Shown here: one piece after another, positions 29,799 through 39,574 of the stretch | How positions within the stretch are numbered: position 1 is the first letter of the stretch | Layout of the letters: every line of letters starts with the position of its first letter | Assembly: GCA_016839805.1 (NCBI GenBank) | Contig: JAEOTO010000031.1 | Coordinates: 160,001 to 224,000 of the forward strand | Reading direction: 5' to 3' | Origin: Candidatus Hermodarchaeota archaeon | GTDB lineage: Archaea; Asgardarchaeota; Hermodarchaeia; Hermodarchaeales; Hermodarchaeaceae | Length of the DNA stretch: 64,000 nt | Made by a program: the position numbers and the translations under genes | Notes under the pieces: model-generated | Told to the model about the DNA's origin: nothing | Database searches by the model: none | Seen by the model: the letters and a program-made list of their open reading frames with translations, nothing else

Positions 29799-30299
29799 AT
29801 GGGAACTAAAGGTCGCGAAATCGTCAAAGCAGACATTAAAGAACTCCTTGAATTACTCAACAAGGCATTGGCTGACGAATGGCTAGCCTATTATCAATAT
29901 TGGATCGGATCGAAGATTGTAGTTGGACCCATGCGCGATTTGGTTGCAAGTGAACTTGAGGAACACGCCAATGAAGAACTTGAACATGCAGGCATGTTAG
30001 TCGATCGAATCATCCAGTTGGGTGGCACTCCAATCCTTAATCCATCGGAGTGGCAATCAAAAACCAATTGTGATTATGAAGCTCCCACAGATCCCTTCGT
30101 GATACCAATCCTGAAACAGAACATCAAAGGCGAACAGTGTGCTATTGACGTCTACAATAAAATTGCTGAGAAAGTTAAGGGTAAAGATCCCATAACCCTT
30201 CATATTGTCTATAAAATCATGGCAGATGAAGTGGAACACGAAGAAGATCTTGAAGCGATTATGGATGATCTCGAAGCGATGAAAAAACACTTCAAATAG
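29799..30299 (+). CDS. DPS-like (DpsL)/bacterioferritin-like protein
   Basis: LNKALADEWLAYYQYW, EELEHA, RIIQLGG, GEQCAI, DEVEHEEDL. Confidence 0.9.
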   Translation: MGTKGREIVKADIKELLELLNKALADEWLAYYQYWIGSKIVVGPMRDLVASELEEHANEELEHAGMLVDRIIQLGGTPILNPSEWQSKTNCDYEAPTDPFVIPILKQNIKGEQCAIDVYNKIAEKVKGKDPITLHIVYKIMADEVEHEEDLEAIMDDLEAMKKHFK

Positions 30300-30367
30300 A
30301 ATTATATGCAAATCTACAGTTGCGAACCAGTGGACTTTGTCTGAATTGTTCGCAGAGTTTTCTCTTT

Positions 30368-31294
30368 CTAAAATCCTAATACTACTAGCCAAACGCCACT
30401 TATGGTGAGAATGGTTCCTAGGAGAATGAGAGGTGTGACTTTTTCTTTTAGAAAGAAGATGGTAAATGGGAGTGCAAAGAGTGGTGCGGTTGCGGCGATT
30501 ACAGAGGTTACGGCAGCTCCGGTGAAAAAGACCGCATTGACGTAAAGGATGGAACCAATACCCATTCCGAAAAATCCCGCAATTACCACATATTTAGTTG
30601 CACGTTTTGTGGGCATTAGCATTCCCCGCTGTCGGGCTAAGAAAAAGAAAGGAAGAAGAAAGAAGGACCCAATGAGAATTCGGATGAGATTTGCATCAAT
30701 TGGATCAGCACCGACTAAACCAATTTGGAGTATCACGGTCGCCGTGGCCCAACTGAACGCGGCGAGGATAGCTAGTGTAATCCCGAGTATATCCCACTTT
30801 ATGGATGTTTGATCTTCAGTTTGTTGTGATATAGTGTTTTCTTGTTGTGCCTGTTCCCGAGTGATGATACTGATTCCAAGTATGGCAAGGATGACTCCGG
30901 CGAATCGGGTGATGAGAAGGGGTTCGTTGAGAAAAAGGATGGAGAAGAAGTATGTGATGATGGGGAATGTCATAGCAATGGGAAACGCCCGAGATACGCC
31001 AATCCGAGACTGGCTCGTTAAATACATAAGGTCGCCAATACCCGCCCCCAAAATAATGGAGGCAGCTAAAAAGGGAACGGAGGAAAAGGGAACGGTGAAT
31101 CCCGTTGGGTAAAGGAGTAGAAGAACTACAAGGGCGATGACAGGAAGCGCAATCCACATCTTGAAAGCATTGATGGCGATTGGTTGGATTTCCGCACTCT
31201 GCGATTTGTAAACAACGTTTGAAATTCCGAAGAGGACAGCACCGAGAAGCCCCATGAAAACTCCAGTGAGAAAAAGCTCGGGGGGAACCACCAT
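30368..31294 (-). CDS. DMT/EamA transporter
   Basis: Ten TM helices, duplicated EamA halves (L.EP.., LKEKVT). Confidence 0.88.
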   Translation of the reverse strand: MVVPPELFLTGVFMGLLGAVLFGISNVVYKSQSAEIQPIAINAFKMWIALPVIALVVLLLLYPTGFTVPFSSVPFLAASIILGAGIGDLMYLTSQSRIGVSRAFPIAMTFPIITYFFSILFLNEPLLITRFAGVILAILGISIITREQAQQENTISQQTEDQTSIKWDILGITLAILAAFSWATATVILQIGLVGADPIDANLIRILIGSFFLLPFFFLARQRGMLMPTKRATKYVVIAGFFGMGIGSILYVNAVFFTGAAVTSVIAATAPLFALPFTIFFLKEKVTPLILLGTILTISGVWLVVLGF

Positions 31295-31436
31295 TATTAA
31301 TCACCTATAATCCAGAATTTATTCAAACGTAGAGCCTCTAATGTATAGTTTTCGTCTAAAAACGTTGCAGAGTGGGAAGTTTTTTGAAGAGGATGTGAAC
31401 AAGTGGGGTACACTTTGGACACGGAGGCAACATCTC

Positions 31437-31994
31437 ATGTATCCAATCGACATCCTTCTTGATGAACATAAGTTGGTTGAACGCGTCTTTGCCATAATTG
31501 AGAAAGTCCGTGATAAACTCGAAGATAAAGAAGAAGTCCCAGCCACTATTTTTTGGAAACTTGTTGATTTTATCAGAGGTTACGCTGACGTTATCCACCA
31601 TAGCAAAGAAGAGGATATTTTCTTCGAGCAGATGCGTGAACACGACACCGATCTCTCCGATGAAGTTCAGGATAATATCGCTGTTCTCATCGAAGAGCAC
31701 ATTGAAGCCTTGGACCTTGCGAATGAAATGCATAAAGGAATTCGCGCTTATCGTCGTGGAGCTCCAGAAGCACGGGATAAAATTCTCAAATCAGTTGATG
31801 GCTATCTGAAAATCATGAAACCTCACTTCGAAATGGAAGAAGAGGACGTCTTCCCTGCAATGGTTGGCGTGCTTAGCAAGGAAGAAAAAACCAAAATGAA
31901 AGCTGATTTTTCCCGATTCGACGATATACTAGGTGGGAAAGAAGTTCATAAACGATATCACAAACTCGTAGAGGAACTTGAAAAAGAGCTCTAA
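31437..31994 (+). CDS. Hemerythrin-like (HHE) domain protein
   Basis: EH, HHSKEEDIFF, EEH, HFEMEEEDVFP; GGAGG SD. Confidence 0.88.
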   Translation: MYPIDILLDEHKLVERVFAIIEKVRDKLEDKEEVPATIFWKLVDFIRGYADVIHHSKEEDIFFEQMREHDTDLSDEVQDNIAVLIEEHIEALDLANEMHKGIRAYRRGAPEARDKILKSVDGYLKIMKPHFEMEEEDVFPAMVGVLSKEEKTKMKADFSRFDDILGGKEVHKRYHKLVEELEKEL

Positions 31995-32050
31995 GCTTAT
32001 TTATTGATTTTCTCATGCAAGTGAGAATTAACAGAAATCTAAGAAAACTT

Positions 32051-32086
32051 ATGTGATAGTCTATTACATTTTAGGTTCCTTCTAAA
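32051..32086 (+). promoter_or_regulatory. Palindromes upstream of the PAS gene
   Basis: ATGTGATAG-T-CTATTACAT immediately followed by TTTAG-N7-CTAAA. Confidence 0.35.
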
Positions 32087-32149
32087 GTAGGACTAGCAGT
32101 AGATTTATGTAACAAAACAAGAACTTTACAGCGTTAAGGATTTGGTTGA

Positions 32150-32536
32150 ATGGCTGAAATAGTGCAAGAAGAGGTATTCAAAGCAATTTTTGAATCAATG
32201 CCTGCAGAAGTCTCCTTCGTCGATAAGGAGGATAAGGTAGCGTTTTTCAATAAAGGGATGAATCGCATTTTTCCTCGTCCTGAAGGCATCATCGGTCGTC
32301 CCGTCCAAAAATGTCACCCATCGAAAAGTCTGCATGTTGTCGAGCAAATTCTTCAAGATTTCAAAGATGGCAAGCGTGATGTTGCTGAATTTTGGATTGA
32401 TCACAAAGATCGGAAAATATTAATCCGATATTTCCCAGTGCACAACACAGATGGTCAATATTTAGGGACACTTGAATTTACTATTGACATTACTGACATT
32501 CAAAGGATTACTGGAGAAAAACGTCTCCTTGATTAG
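32150..32536 (+). CDS. Stand-alone PAS domain protein (PAS_10/DUF438-associated type)
   Basis: FVDKEDKV.FFN, IGRPVQKCHP.KS, EFWI, IRYFPV, GQYLGTLE. Confidence 0.88.
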   Translation: MAEIVQEEVFKAIFESMPAEVSFVDKEDKVAFFNKGMNRIFPRPEGIIGRPVQKCHPSKSLHVVEQILQDFKDGKRDVAEFWIDHKDRKILIRYFPVHNTDGQYLGTLEFTIDITDIQRITGEKRLLD

Positions 32537-32652
32537 AATCCACTCACTTCTTTGTAATCATCTCTTTGTCTTCGATTCTTTCGTAGAAAGAATATGACGG
32601 AAATCTTTTTCGACTACACTGCAGTAAGTAGGGCAACAACGTTTCTAAGACG

Positions 32653-33261
32653 GTGAAAAAATTGCATGAAAGCCCAGAGAGAAAAAACTCATTTAACTGG
32701 GATCGAGTATTCGGCGGAATTGCATCAGTGACCTTTGCTTTACAGCTGATTTCTTTGCTTATTCTGTTTGTAGCCGGTGTCATCTTTTTACTTATGCTAA
32801 GTGGCATCTGGGGCATTCTTGTTGCTAATGAGGACATCTTCATCTTTGTTCTACTCCTTGGAGGCGGGTTTGCTTTCCTTGTTTTCGTTTGGCTAATTGG
32901 TGTATTTCTTCGATTCCATCGACGAGTTAGAAGGTTCCTTGTAGGCGGTGGTGTCGGTGATATTGATGCTGATGATTCCGCTTCAAAAACAATTCTCACA
33001 ATGTTTGGTATTGCAATACTGTTCGTGTTGGTGGCGGGCATTTATGGATATTACTTACTGTGGAAATATATCCTAAATTCCTGGGGAATTGCATGGTTGA
33101 CCTCTCTCGGAGTCACTGGGATTTTCTTCTATGAATTCGGACTCTTCATTGTATGGATAGCAATCGGTATCCTAATCATCACTTTCATAATGCAGATTCT
33201 AACTGCAGCAATAAATCGGTATGCACGGGGTTTAGTCGAAGCCGTCGACGAAGCACAGTAA
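32653..33261 (+). CDS. Multi-pass membrane protein, unknown function
   Basis: About four hydrophobic helices. Confidence 0.7.
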   Translation: MKKLHESPERKNSFNWDRVFGGIASVTFALQLISLLILFVAGVIFLLMLSGIWGILVANEDIFIFVLLLGGGFAFLVFVWLIGVFLRFHRRVRRFLVGGGVGDIDADDSASKTILTMFGIAILFVLVAGIYGYYLLWKYILNSWGIAWLTSLGVTGIFFYEFGLFIVWIAIGILIITFIMQILTAAINRYARGLVEAVDEAQ

Positions 33262-33329
33262 AATTCCTGCGTAGCTTGATTACTGTTTGAGGCGTCACAG
33301 TCTAATAGTTCCTCAATACAGCATGTTGT

Positions 33330-34097
33330 ATGAACAACCACCTACTCAGTCAATGGGAGGCAAATGCAGGGGCCTTTGCCCAATTAATCAACGGAAAGGG
33401 TACACCACATCATCGTAAAATTCTAAACCCATGTATTAATCGCCTCATGGGAGATGTAAAAGGAAAGAAAATCCTGGATGCTGGTTGTGGAGAAGGCTAT
33501 CTATCACGGGTTTATACAGAAAAAGGTGCAAATGTTGTTGGTGTGGACTTCTCTCCCAAATTGATTGCTTTAAGTCAGAAGAAATTCGCGGACCTAGATA
33601 TCGAGTTTTTGGTTGCAGACATTTGTCAGCTAGATCCCCTGAAAGATAATCAGTTTGATATTGTCCTTTGTAATTTAGTATTGCTCAATATTGAATGTTT
33701 AGACAAGAGCCTCCAAGAGTTTTACCGAGTTCTGCGTCCAGGAGGCTTTCTCATCTTTTCAGTCGTCCATCCTGCATTCAATGTATATGGACCAGGTCGT
33801 TGGGAATTAGGTGAAAAAATCAAAAACACCGGACGTCGAAAAGGCCAGTATTTCGTCATTGACCAATATTTCACTGAAAAAGAGTTTCAGGTTCTTTGGA
33901 AGAGTCGAAAAGGAGATGGTTTTCCGCAAAAGTTTAGTTTCTTTCATCGAACCATTAGTACTTACGTGAATCAAGTCATTGACACCGGTTTCCGTCTCAC
34001 GATATTAAAAGAACCCCTTCCGATAATGGATGCCAAATTTTTTGATCGAGAACGTCGGATTCCTTTCTTTCTTGTAGTCAAAGCTGAAAAACCCTAA
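33330..34097 (+). CDS. Class I SAM-dependent methyltransferase
   Basis: ILDAGCGEG, VLRPGG, FHRTISTY. Confidence 0.9.
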   Translation: MNNHLLSQWEANAGAFAQLINGKGTPHHRKILNPCINRLMGDVKGKKILDAGCGEGYLSRVYTEKGANVVGVDFSPKLIALSQKKFADLDIEFLVADICQLDPLKDNQFDIVLCNLVLLNIECLDKSLQEFYRVLRPGGFLIFSVVHPAFNVYGPGRWELGEKIKNTGRRKGQYFVIDQYFTEKEFQVLWKSRKGDGFPQKFSFFHRTISTYVNQVIDTGFRLTILKEPLPIMDAKFFDRERRIPFFLVVKAEKP

Positions 34098-34117
34098 TCG
34101 TAAGGTTGCCTTCAATA

Positions 34118-34681
34118 TCATTTGGTTTTGGTGAAATCCAGTTGGAAGTGTTGTGGTAAGAGGAGTGAAACTTCAGTAAAGGCTTCAGGTCTTTTAAGAA
34201 GGCGAGAGATAAAGCGTGTGAAGAGCCGAGAATCTTCCGCACAGGCTACTGCAAAACCTACGGGGGACACACCCACAACAAGGAAGCGTTGTGACAGGTT
34301 CAGAATTGAACCAGTTTCTTCGTTTTTTTGGTCATCGAGTTCGTCTAATTGAAGTGTCACATCTTCAGCAAGAAGGAGTACTCCTGCGGAAAGCCCTCGC
34401 GGATAACTCTTAGTCAACAATGCAAAAAGGGGCGAATCCAGTGGAAGCACTTGGTTTTGGGGAGTGCGAACTTCTTCGATTACCGTCTTAATTAACCAGG
34501 TTTCATGGAGTTGAATTTGGTCTAATAGCTCAGTAATGAAGGTTTCACCAACTACGAATCTGCTTGATTGGAAAAGGGATTCCGTATCCTGAAAATCAAG
34601 TGCAACGCGGATATCCTCTTCTTCTGCTTTTCCACAGACGATTACGATCCATGCGTTATTAGCTTCCACGTATATCAACAA
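34118..34681 (-). CDS. Hypothetical protein
   Basis: 187-aa ORF filling the gap; no motif recognised. Confidence 0.55.
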   Translation of the reverse strand: MLIYVEANNAWIVIVCGKAEEEDIRVALDFQDTESLFQSSRFVVGETFITELLDQIQLHETWLIKTVIEEVRTPQNQVLPLDSPLFALLTKSYPRGLSAGVLLLAEDVTLQLDELDDQKNEETGSILNLSQRFLVVGVSPVGFAVACAEDSRLFTRFISRLLKRPEAFTEVSLLLPQHFQLDFTKTK

Positions 34682-34814
34682 ATTTCTTTTTTGCTTTTTA
34701 CGATTATGATGATAGACGGGAAAAGAAAAAACTCTTTGGACTTTAAGGGCACAAGTGTAGATTCATTGATTTCAAGCAAAAACTCATGGTTAGCTTGAGT
34801 TCTGAAGAAGGATT

Positions 34815-35612
34815 GTGATTGTCATCACGAAAATCAATGGCGTAGATATTCAATTGTATGTGTTACAGGAAGGACAAGGACTTTCCGTTGTATTTATCCA
34901 TGGCTGGGCTGCATCCCATCGGTTCTGGAAATATCAAATTCCTCACTTTAAACTAAAATATCAGGTAACAGCCTATGACCTCCGTGGACATGGTGAATCA
35001 GATAAACCCAGTACAGGATACACGGTTAATGACCATGTCAATGATCTCGAATTGCTTTTAGAAGACTTGAGCATTGAAAATACTGTGCTTATCGGTCACT
35101 CCTTGGGAGGTATGATAGCACTTGCATATGCATTGAAAGCACCGCATAATCTCCGTGGACTGGTAATAGTGGGAGCTAGTGCCCGTCCAGTTCCATCTCG
35201 TAAACGCAGCTTCCAGTTTACCTTCTTAGCATGGTTAATTCGTATGTCAAGAACCAGAGCTTCGAAATTCACCCAAAAGGAAATCTTTGCTCCTGATGTG
35301 GATCCTGAACTCGTTGACTGGGTTAATAACGAATCCCTGCGAACACCGACCCATGTGATTCTTCAGATTCTAAAATCAGTGAAAAAATTTGATGTGATGA
35401 ACCGACTCCAGGAAATCAAAGTGCCCACTGCTCTTGTAACTGGTGAATATGACACAGTCGTCGACTCCTCTGATCTTAAAGAGATGCAGGGACGATTATC
35501 CGCTTCTAAGCAGTTGATTATTGATAATGCGGGACACAATTGTATCCTGGAACAGCCTAGCCTGTTCAATTCTAAGCTAGAACACTTTCTCCAGAACTTC
35601 GACTCGCCCTAA
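34815..35612 (+). CDS. Alpha/beta hydrolase
   Basis: HGW, DLRGHGES, GHSLGG, GEYD, AGH. Confidence 0.92.
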   Translation: MIVITKINGVDIQLYVLQEGQGLSVVFIHGWAASHRFWKYQIPHFKLKYQVTAYDLRGHGESDKPSTGYTVNDHVNDLELLLEDLSIENTVLIGHSLGGMIALAYALKAPHNLRGLVIVGASARPVPSRKRSFQFTFLAWLIRMSRTRASKFTQKEIFAPDVDPELVDWVNNESLRTPTHVILQILKSVKKFDVMNRLQEIKVPTALVTGEYDTVVDSSDLKEMQGRLSASKQLIIDNAGHNCILEQPSLFNSKLEHFLQNFDSP

Positions 35613-35637
35613 TGGAATGAGGAGAAATGATTGGGTT

Positions 35638-36042
35638 TTAAGCTGTGATGAAGGGGGCGCCACGTGCATAGACTGTAACTGTTCCTTCTAGTTCACCAAG
35701 AGCACAGGTAACGGTGATGACATATGAACCACTAAGATCTAGCCACGGACTAGTTACCGTAGTTGTTGTTGTGTCAATACTTCCATGCGCACGTATTAGA
35801 TTGTTTGAAGCGTCTCGGATTTCATATCCCCAAATAGCTGTAACTGATGTCAGGCTAATGGTGACCTGGATCTGACTGTTGGGCCATCCAATCACTCCGG
35901 AAATATCAGTTTGAGAGATTATTCCTGAGAGGTTTACAGCCTGTGATTGGAGGGGGAAAGGGTATGCTAGTCCAAGATAGATGCCGGCTGAGATGATGAC
36001 AACTGCTACAATTGCACCTGCGATTTTTACTGCTTTTCCCAT
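35638..36042 (-). CDS. N-terminally membrane-anchored beta-rich hypothetical protein
   Basis: MGKAVKIAGAIVAVVIISAG TM followed by beta-strand pattern. Confidence 0.65.
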   Translation of the reverse strand: MGKAVKIAGAIVAVVIISAGIYLGLAYPFPLQSQAVNLSGIISQTDISGVIGWPNSQIQVTISLTSVTAIWGYEIRDASNNLIRAHGSIDTTTTTVTSPWLDLSGSYVITVTCALGELEGTVTVYARGAPFITA

Positions 36043-36198
36043 ATTAGAAGCACCTTGTAATTGCTTTCTTTGCGTTGTTGGTCTATTTAGGCTTCTAGTG
36101 TTGACCAATGAATGCCGCTTAATACAGAAGTGGAATATAATATAGGTTGAAAACGGCATGGGCAATAAACACATCACTCAAGTCTGGAGTCTTCGAAA

Positions 36199-37758
36199 TT
36201 GCGAGTGAAAATTGATCTTCTCATTCATAATGGTAACATCATCACTATGGATGGACAACAGGGTACCGTAGAAGCGCTGGCAGTTAGTAATGGGCGAATC
36301 ATTGCCATGGGGACGAATTCTGAACTAAAGGAGTTGAGCAAAAACGCTGATCAAGTCATCGATATGGGAAAATATACAATACTTCCCGGGTTTATTGATA
36401 CACATGCTCATTTGGTAGGATTAGGACATAGGTTACTTCACCTAGACTTGGGAGAGGCTTCATCAGCTGAGGAGGCTATGCGCTTACTGGTAGAACATAT
36501 GAAGGACAAGATTCCGGGACAACTTGTAACAGGATATAATTGGGATGAAAGTAATTGGACGGAACCTCGCTATTTAACCAAAGAGGATCTTGATCCCGTT
36601 ACTCCTAAGAACCCCGTTATTTTGATTCGCGTTTGTGGCCACTTGGTCAGTGTTAATTCATTGATATTAAAGCAGCTCTCTTTAGATTTCGATAACCCCG
36701 GTGTCGACCAGCACTCAGAAACTGGAGAACCTACAGGCGTGCTTCGGGATATAGAAATTGACATCCGCAAGCTTTCTGGTGAGGAAAAAGATCTTTCTCA
36801 CCCTATTATTGAAGCGTGTCGTTATGCAAATAGGGTTGGGATTACATCAGCTCATGAAAATCTGTATCACCGACAACTCCCATTTGTAGCCGAGTACATT
36901 AAGCTAAGTCAGAAACGACGACTTACTGTTCGCGTCTATGCGAATTTGGAAACAAAGCTACTTGATCAACTTGCAGGACTGGGGTTGCCTTCTGGACTAG
37001 GTGATGATTATTTCCGTCTTGGTGGTTTGAAAGTTTTCATTGATGGCTCCTTAGGAGCTCAAACTGCTGCAGTCTCTAAACCATATGCTGATAACCCGGA
37101 TTCTCGTGGACTCCTTCTTCTTACGGAAGCTGATTACGAATTCTTACTTGAGACTGCAAACAAGTTGGGGCTGCAGGTCAGCACTCATGCAATTGGTGAC
37201 CGCGGAATTGACTTAGTGTTACGAATTCATGAAAAAATCAGTAAGGCTGATGAAGTAAAGAAGTTACGACATAACATCATTCATGCTGAGCTACTAACCC
37301 CACCATTAATTGAACGAGTGAAACAATTGGACATGCTTGTACTGCAACAACCAAATTTTGTCCATCGATGGGGACTTCCCGGTGGAATGTACGATATGCG
37401 TCTGGGACCTGAACGCGCTCAACAATTGAATAATTTCCGGCGAATACTTGATGCTGGAATCAAAGTTGCATTTGGCTCAGATTGTATGCCCATGGACCCT
37501 ATGTATGGAATTTACTCAGCTACAACGCATCCAAACACTGCCATTCGAATCACGATTGAAGAAGCTATTCGTCTTTATACTGTTGATGCAGCTTATGCGA
37601 GTTTCGAGGAGAATATCAAAGGGTCGTTGGCAGTTGGGAAACTGGCGGATTTCATTGTTTTATCAAATAATCCTTTACAAGTTAAGCCAGAGGATCTGAA
37701 AAATGTAAAGATCCTTGAGACCTATGTGGGAGGCCAACGTGTTTTTTCAAGCCTCTAA
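36199..37758 (+). CDS. Amidohydrolase_3 (YtcJ-like)
   Basis: PGFIDTHAH, KVFIDGSLG, HAIGD, IIHAE, GSD, GKLADF. Confidence 0.92.
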   Translation: MRVKIDLLIHNGNIITMDGQQGTVEALAVSNGRIIAMGTNSELKELSKNADQVIDMGKYTILPGFIDTHAHLVGLGHRLLHLDLGEASSAEEAMRLLVEHMKDKIPGQLVTGYNWDESNWTEPRYLTKEDLDPVTPKNPVILIRVCGHLVSVNSLILKQLSLDFDNPGVDQHSETGEPTGVLRDIEIDIRKLSGEEKDLSHPIIEACRYANRVGITSAHENLYHRQLPFVAEYIKLSQKRRLTVRVYANLETKLLDQLAGLGLPSGLGDDYFRLGGLKVFIDGSLGAQTAAVSKPYADNPDSRGLLLLTEADYEFLLETANKLGLQVSTHAIGDRGIDLVLRIHEKISKADEVKKLRHNIIHAELLTPPLIERVKQLDMLVLQQPNFVHRWGLPGGMYDMRLGPERAQQLNNFRRILDAGIKVAFGSDCMPMDPMYGIYSATTHPNTAIRITIEEAIRLYTVDAAYASFEENIKGSLAVGKLADFIVLSNNPLQVKPEDLKNVKILETYVGGQRVFSSL

Positions 37759-38739
37759 AGGTCGTTTCCGCATTAGGAATGCGTTCGCCTCTTGGAGTGT
37801 TGGAAAGAGTGGTTTGTGGGGTCGACGAGAAATTCGAAGAGCTGCCACTGCATTAGCGAAGACTGCAGCACGACCCATTGTCGCTCCTGAAAGCATACTT
37901 ATGGCAAACCCTGCATCAAATGCATCCCCAGCAGCGGTAGTATCGACAACTTTGACTTTGAAACCGGGAACCAGATGCTGATCTCGTTTCGTTGCCAATA
38001 AACACCCTTTGCTACCAAGTTTAACAACGAGCGTTGGAGCACCGGCGTCTAATAGGATCTTTGCACCCTTACGTGGACTTCGTTCTCCTGTTAGGGCTTT
38101 GACTTCATTGGCATTTGGAAAGAAGATATCCACGAATTGGAGCGTGGTTTTTATAGCTTCAATGGTTTCCTCAGACCAATCAGAAGGATCCCACCCTGTA
38201 TCCAGTGATGTGGTGGCTCCTCGTGATCTAGCTAGCTCAAGTATCGAGGCAGTGGGTTCACCTCGGAGAGAATCCATGAGATGAGATCCCGCCAAATGCA
38301 CCCACCGCGGTGGTGGATCTTTCGAAATACAAGCTTTTAACTCGTTTTGGGATAATTGGGCACTTGTTCCTGGATACGTGACAAAAGCACGTTTACCATC
38401 TTCACGTACCATTGCCACAGTAATTCCTGTTGACGAGTCTTCAACTAGTCGTAAGCAGTGTGTATCTACTTCAGCTTCTCGAAACGCTTTCAGTACGACT
38501 TCGCCAAATTGGTCAACGGCAAGCCGTCCAGCAAAACCTGTTTTTATCCCAAGATTTGCTGTGCATAGGGCAAAATTCGCTGCTGACCCTGCAGCCTGAA
38601 GCTTGACTCTAGGAACAACAGCTTCACGACCAATCCGTGGTATTTTCTCCAGTTGGGAAAAAACTAACTCCGCATTTGCATCACCAATAGAAAGAATTTG
38701 AACAATGGCAGGAACCAGAGCACTATTTTGCGGTTTCAT
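37747..38739 (-). CDS. PfkB family carbohydrate kinase
   Basis: GSAAN, PN..E, VKLGSKG, DTTAAGDAF. Confidence 0.92.
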   Translation of the reverse strand: MKPQNSALVPAIVQILSIGDANAELVFSQLEKIPRIGREAVVPRVKLQAAGSAANFALCTANLGIKTGFAGRLAVDQFGEVVLKAFREAEVDTHCLRLVEDSSTGITVAMVREDGKRAFVTYPGTSAQLSQNELKACISKDPPPRWVHLAGSHLMDSLRGEPTASILELARSRGATTSLDTGWDPSDWSEETIEAIKTTLQFVDIFFPNANEVKALTGERSPRKGAKILLDAGAPTLVVKLGSKGCLLATKRDQHLVPGFKVKVVDTTAAGDAFDAGFAISMLSGATMGRAAVFANAVAALRISRRPHKPLFPTLQEANAFLMRKRPLEA

Positions 38740-38808
38740 TTGATTTTCCTCCGAAGTTCATTCCGACTAGCAAGTGATATTCCTAATAATACTATCCGCT
38801 TGATTAGC

Positions 38809-38873
38809 CCGGCAAAAAGGAGAGGGAGTAGAACGCCATTGCCCCGTGGCAATACAGCGTTCTCACCTGCCGG
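38809..38873 (-). terminator. Extended hairpin plus pyrimidine tract downstream of alba
   Basis: AGAACGC/GCGTTCT and ATTGCC/GGCAAT stems; CTCCCTCTCCTTTTT tail; outer CCGGCA/TGCCGG. Confidence 0.5.
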
Positions 38874-38935
38874 ATTGGCGGTTTCATGCGATATTCGATC
38901 GCTTGATTAGTGCGTGGTTCGTAGAGGATTGCGAA

Positions 38936-39388
38936 TTAAGTTCCGCGAACCAATGTGATCTCCATTGCTGATACGTTAGCAACGTTGCCTTCTGCAGTTT
39001 TGACCTGTTCAGTTGAGATATCGATGTTACGCACAACGAGATCAGTCATGAACCGGTTGCGAAGGACCTCGGCCACATCTACAGCGCGGCTGATAGCGCG
39101 ACCACGAGCCTTGATAACCAGTTCCTCAGGATTCCGATTGAGCTGCGTAACACAAGCAGTGATGTAGCTCATGAGGGGTTTGCTACCGACGAACACGACG
39201 CTTTCGTCGCGTCGGAACTTTGCGGGTTCAGCTTTCTTCTCAGGTTCTTTAGCAACCTTCTCAGCTTTGGGTTTCCCAGCCTTGGGTTTCTCAGCCTTGG
39301 CTTTTTCAGCCTTGGCTTCGGTTTTCGGTTTTTCAGCCTTAGTTTCTTCAGCTTTTGGAGTCTCAGCAGTGTCTGATTCTTTAGACAT
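38936..39388 (-). CDS. albA: DNA/RNA-binding protein Alba with a K/A/E/P-rich N-terminal extension
   Basis: VFVGSKPLMSY, IKARGRAISRAVDVAE, VSAMEITL. Confidence 0.95.
   Translation of the reverse strand: MSKESDTAETPKAEETKAEKPKTEAKAEKAKAEKPKAGKPKAEKVAKEPEKKAEPAKFRRDESVVFVGSKPLMSYITACVTQLNRNPEELVIKARGRAISRAVDVAEVLRNRFMTDLVVRNIDISTEQVKTAEGNVANVSAMEITLVRGT
39215..39360 (-). repeat. Degenerate 15-bp (KAEKP-like) coding repeats in the alba 5' end
   Basis: Repeated TTTCTCAGC(C/T)TTGG-like units. Confidence 0.7.
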
Positions 39389-39574
39389 TTTTGGGAGTTT
39401 CCTCCATCTCTAGTTTGGTTGTATTCTGCGTTCACCAGTTATCCAGTGACGCATCACAGATAGAAGTAGAGTGCTTCTTTCTGTAATGATGGTGAGTAGA
39501 ATCGATACTCTGAATCGCACTTTAAAGTGTTTGGTTTCTACTCCAATTTTCTTACTCTAGACTAATAGTACGTT

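Noticed and set aside
38809-38873. SECIS element / selenoprotein recoding
   Set aside because: No in-frame UGA seen in alba or the redox genes examined (HypD, Prx, TrxR use Cys); the structure fits a terminator.
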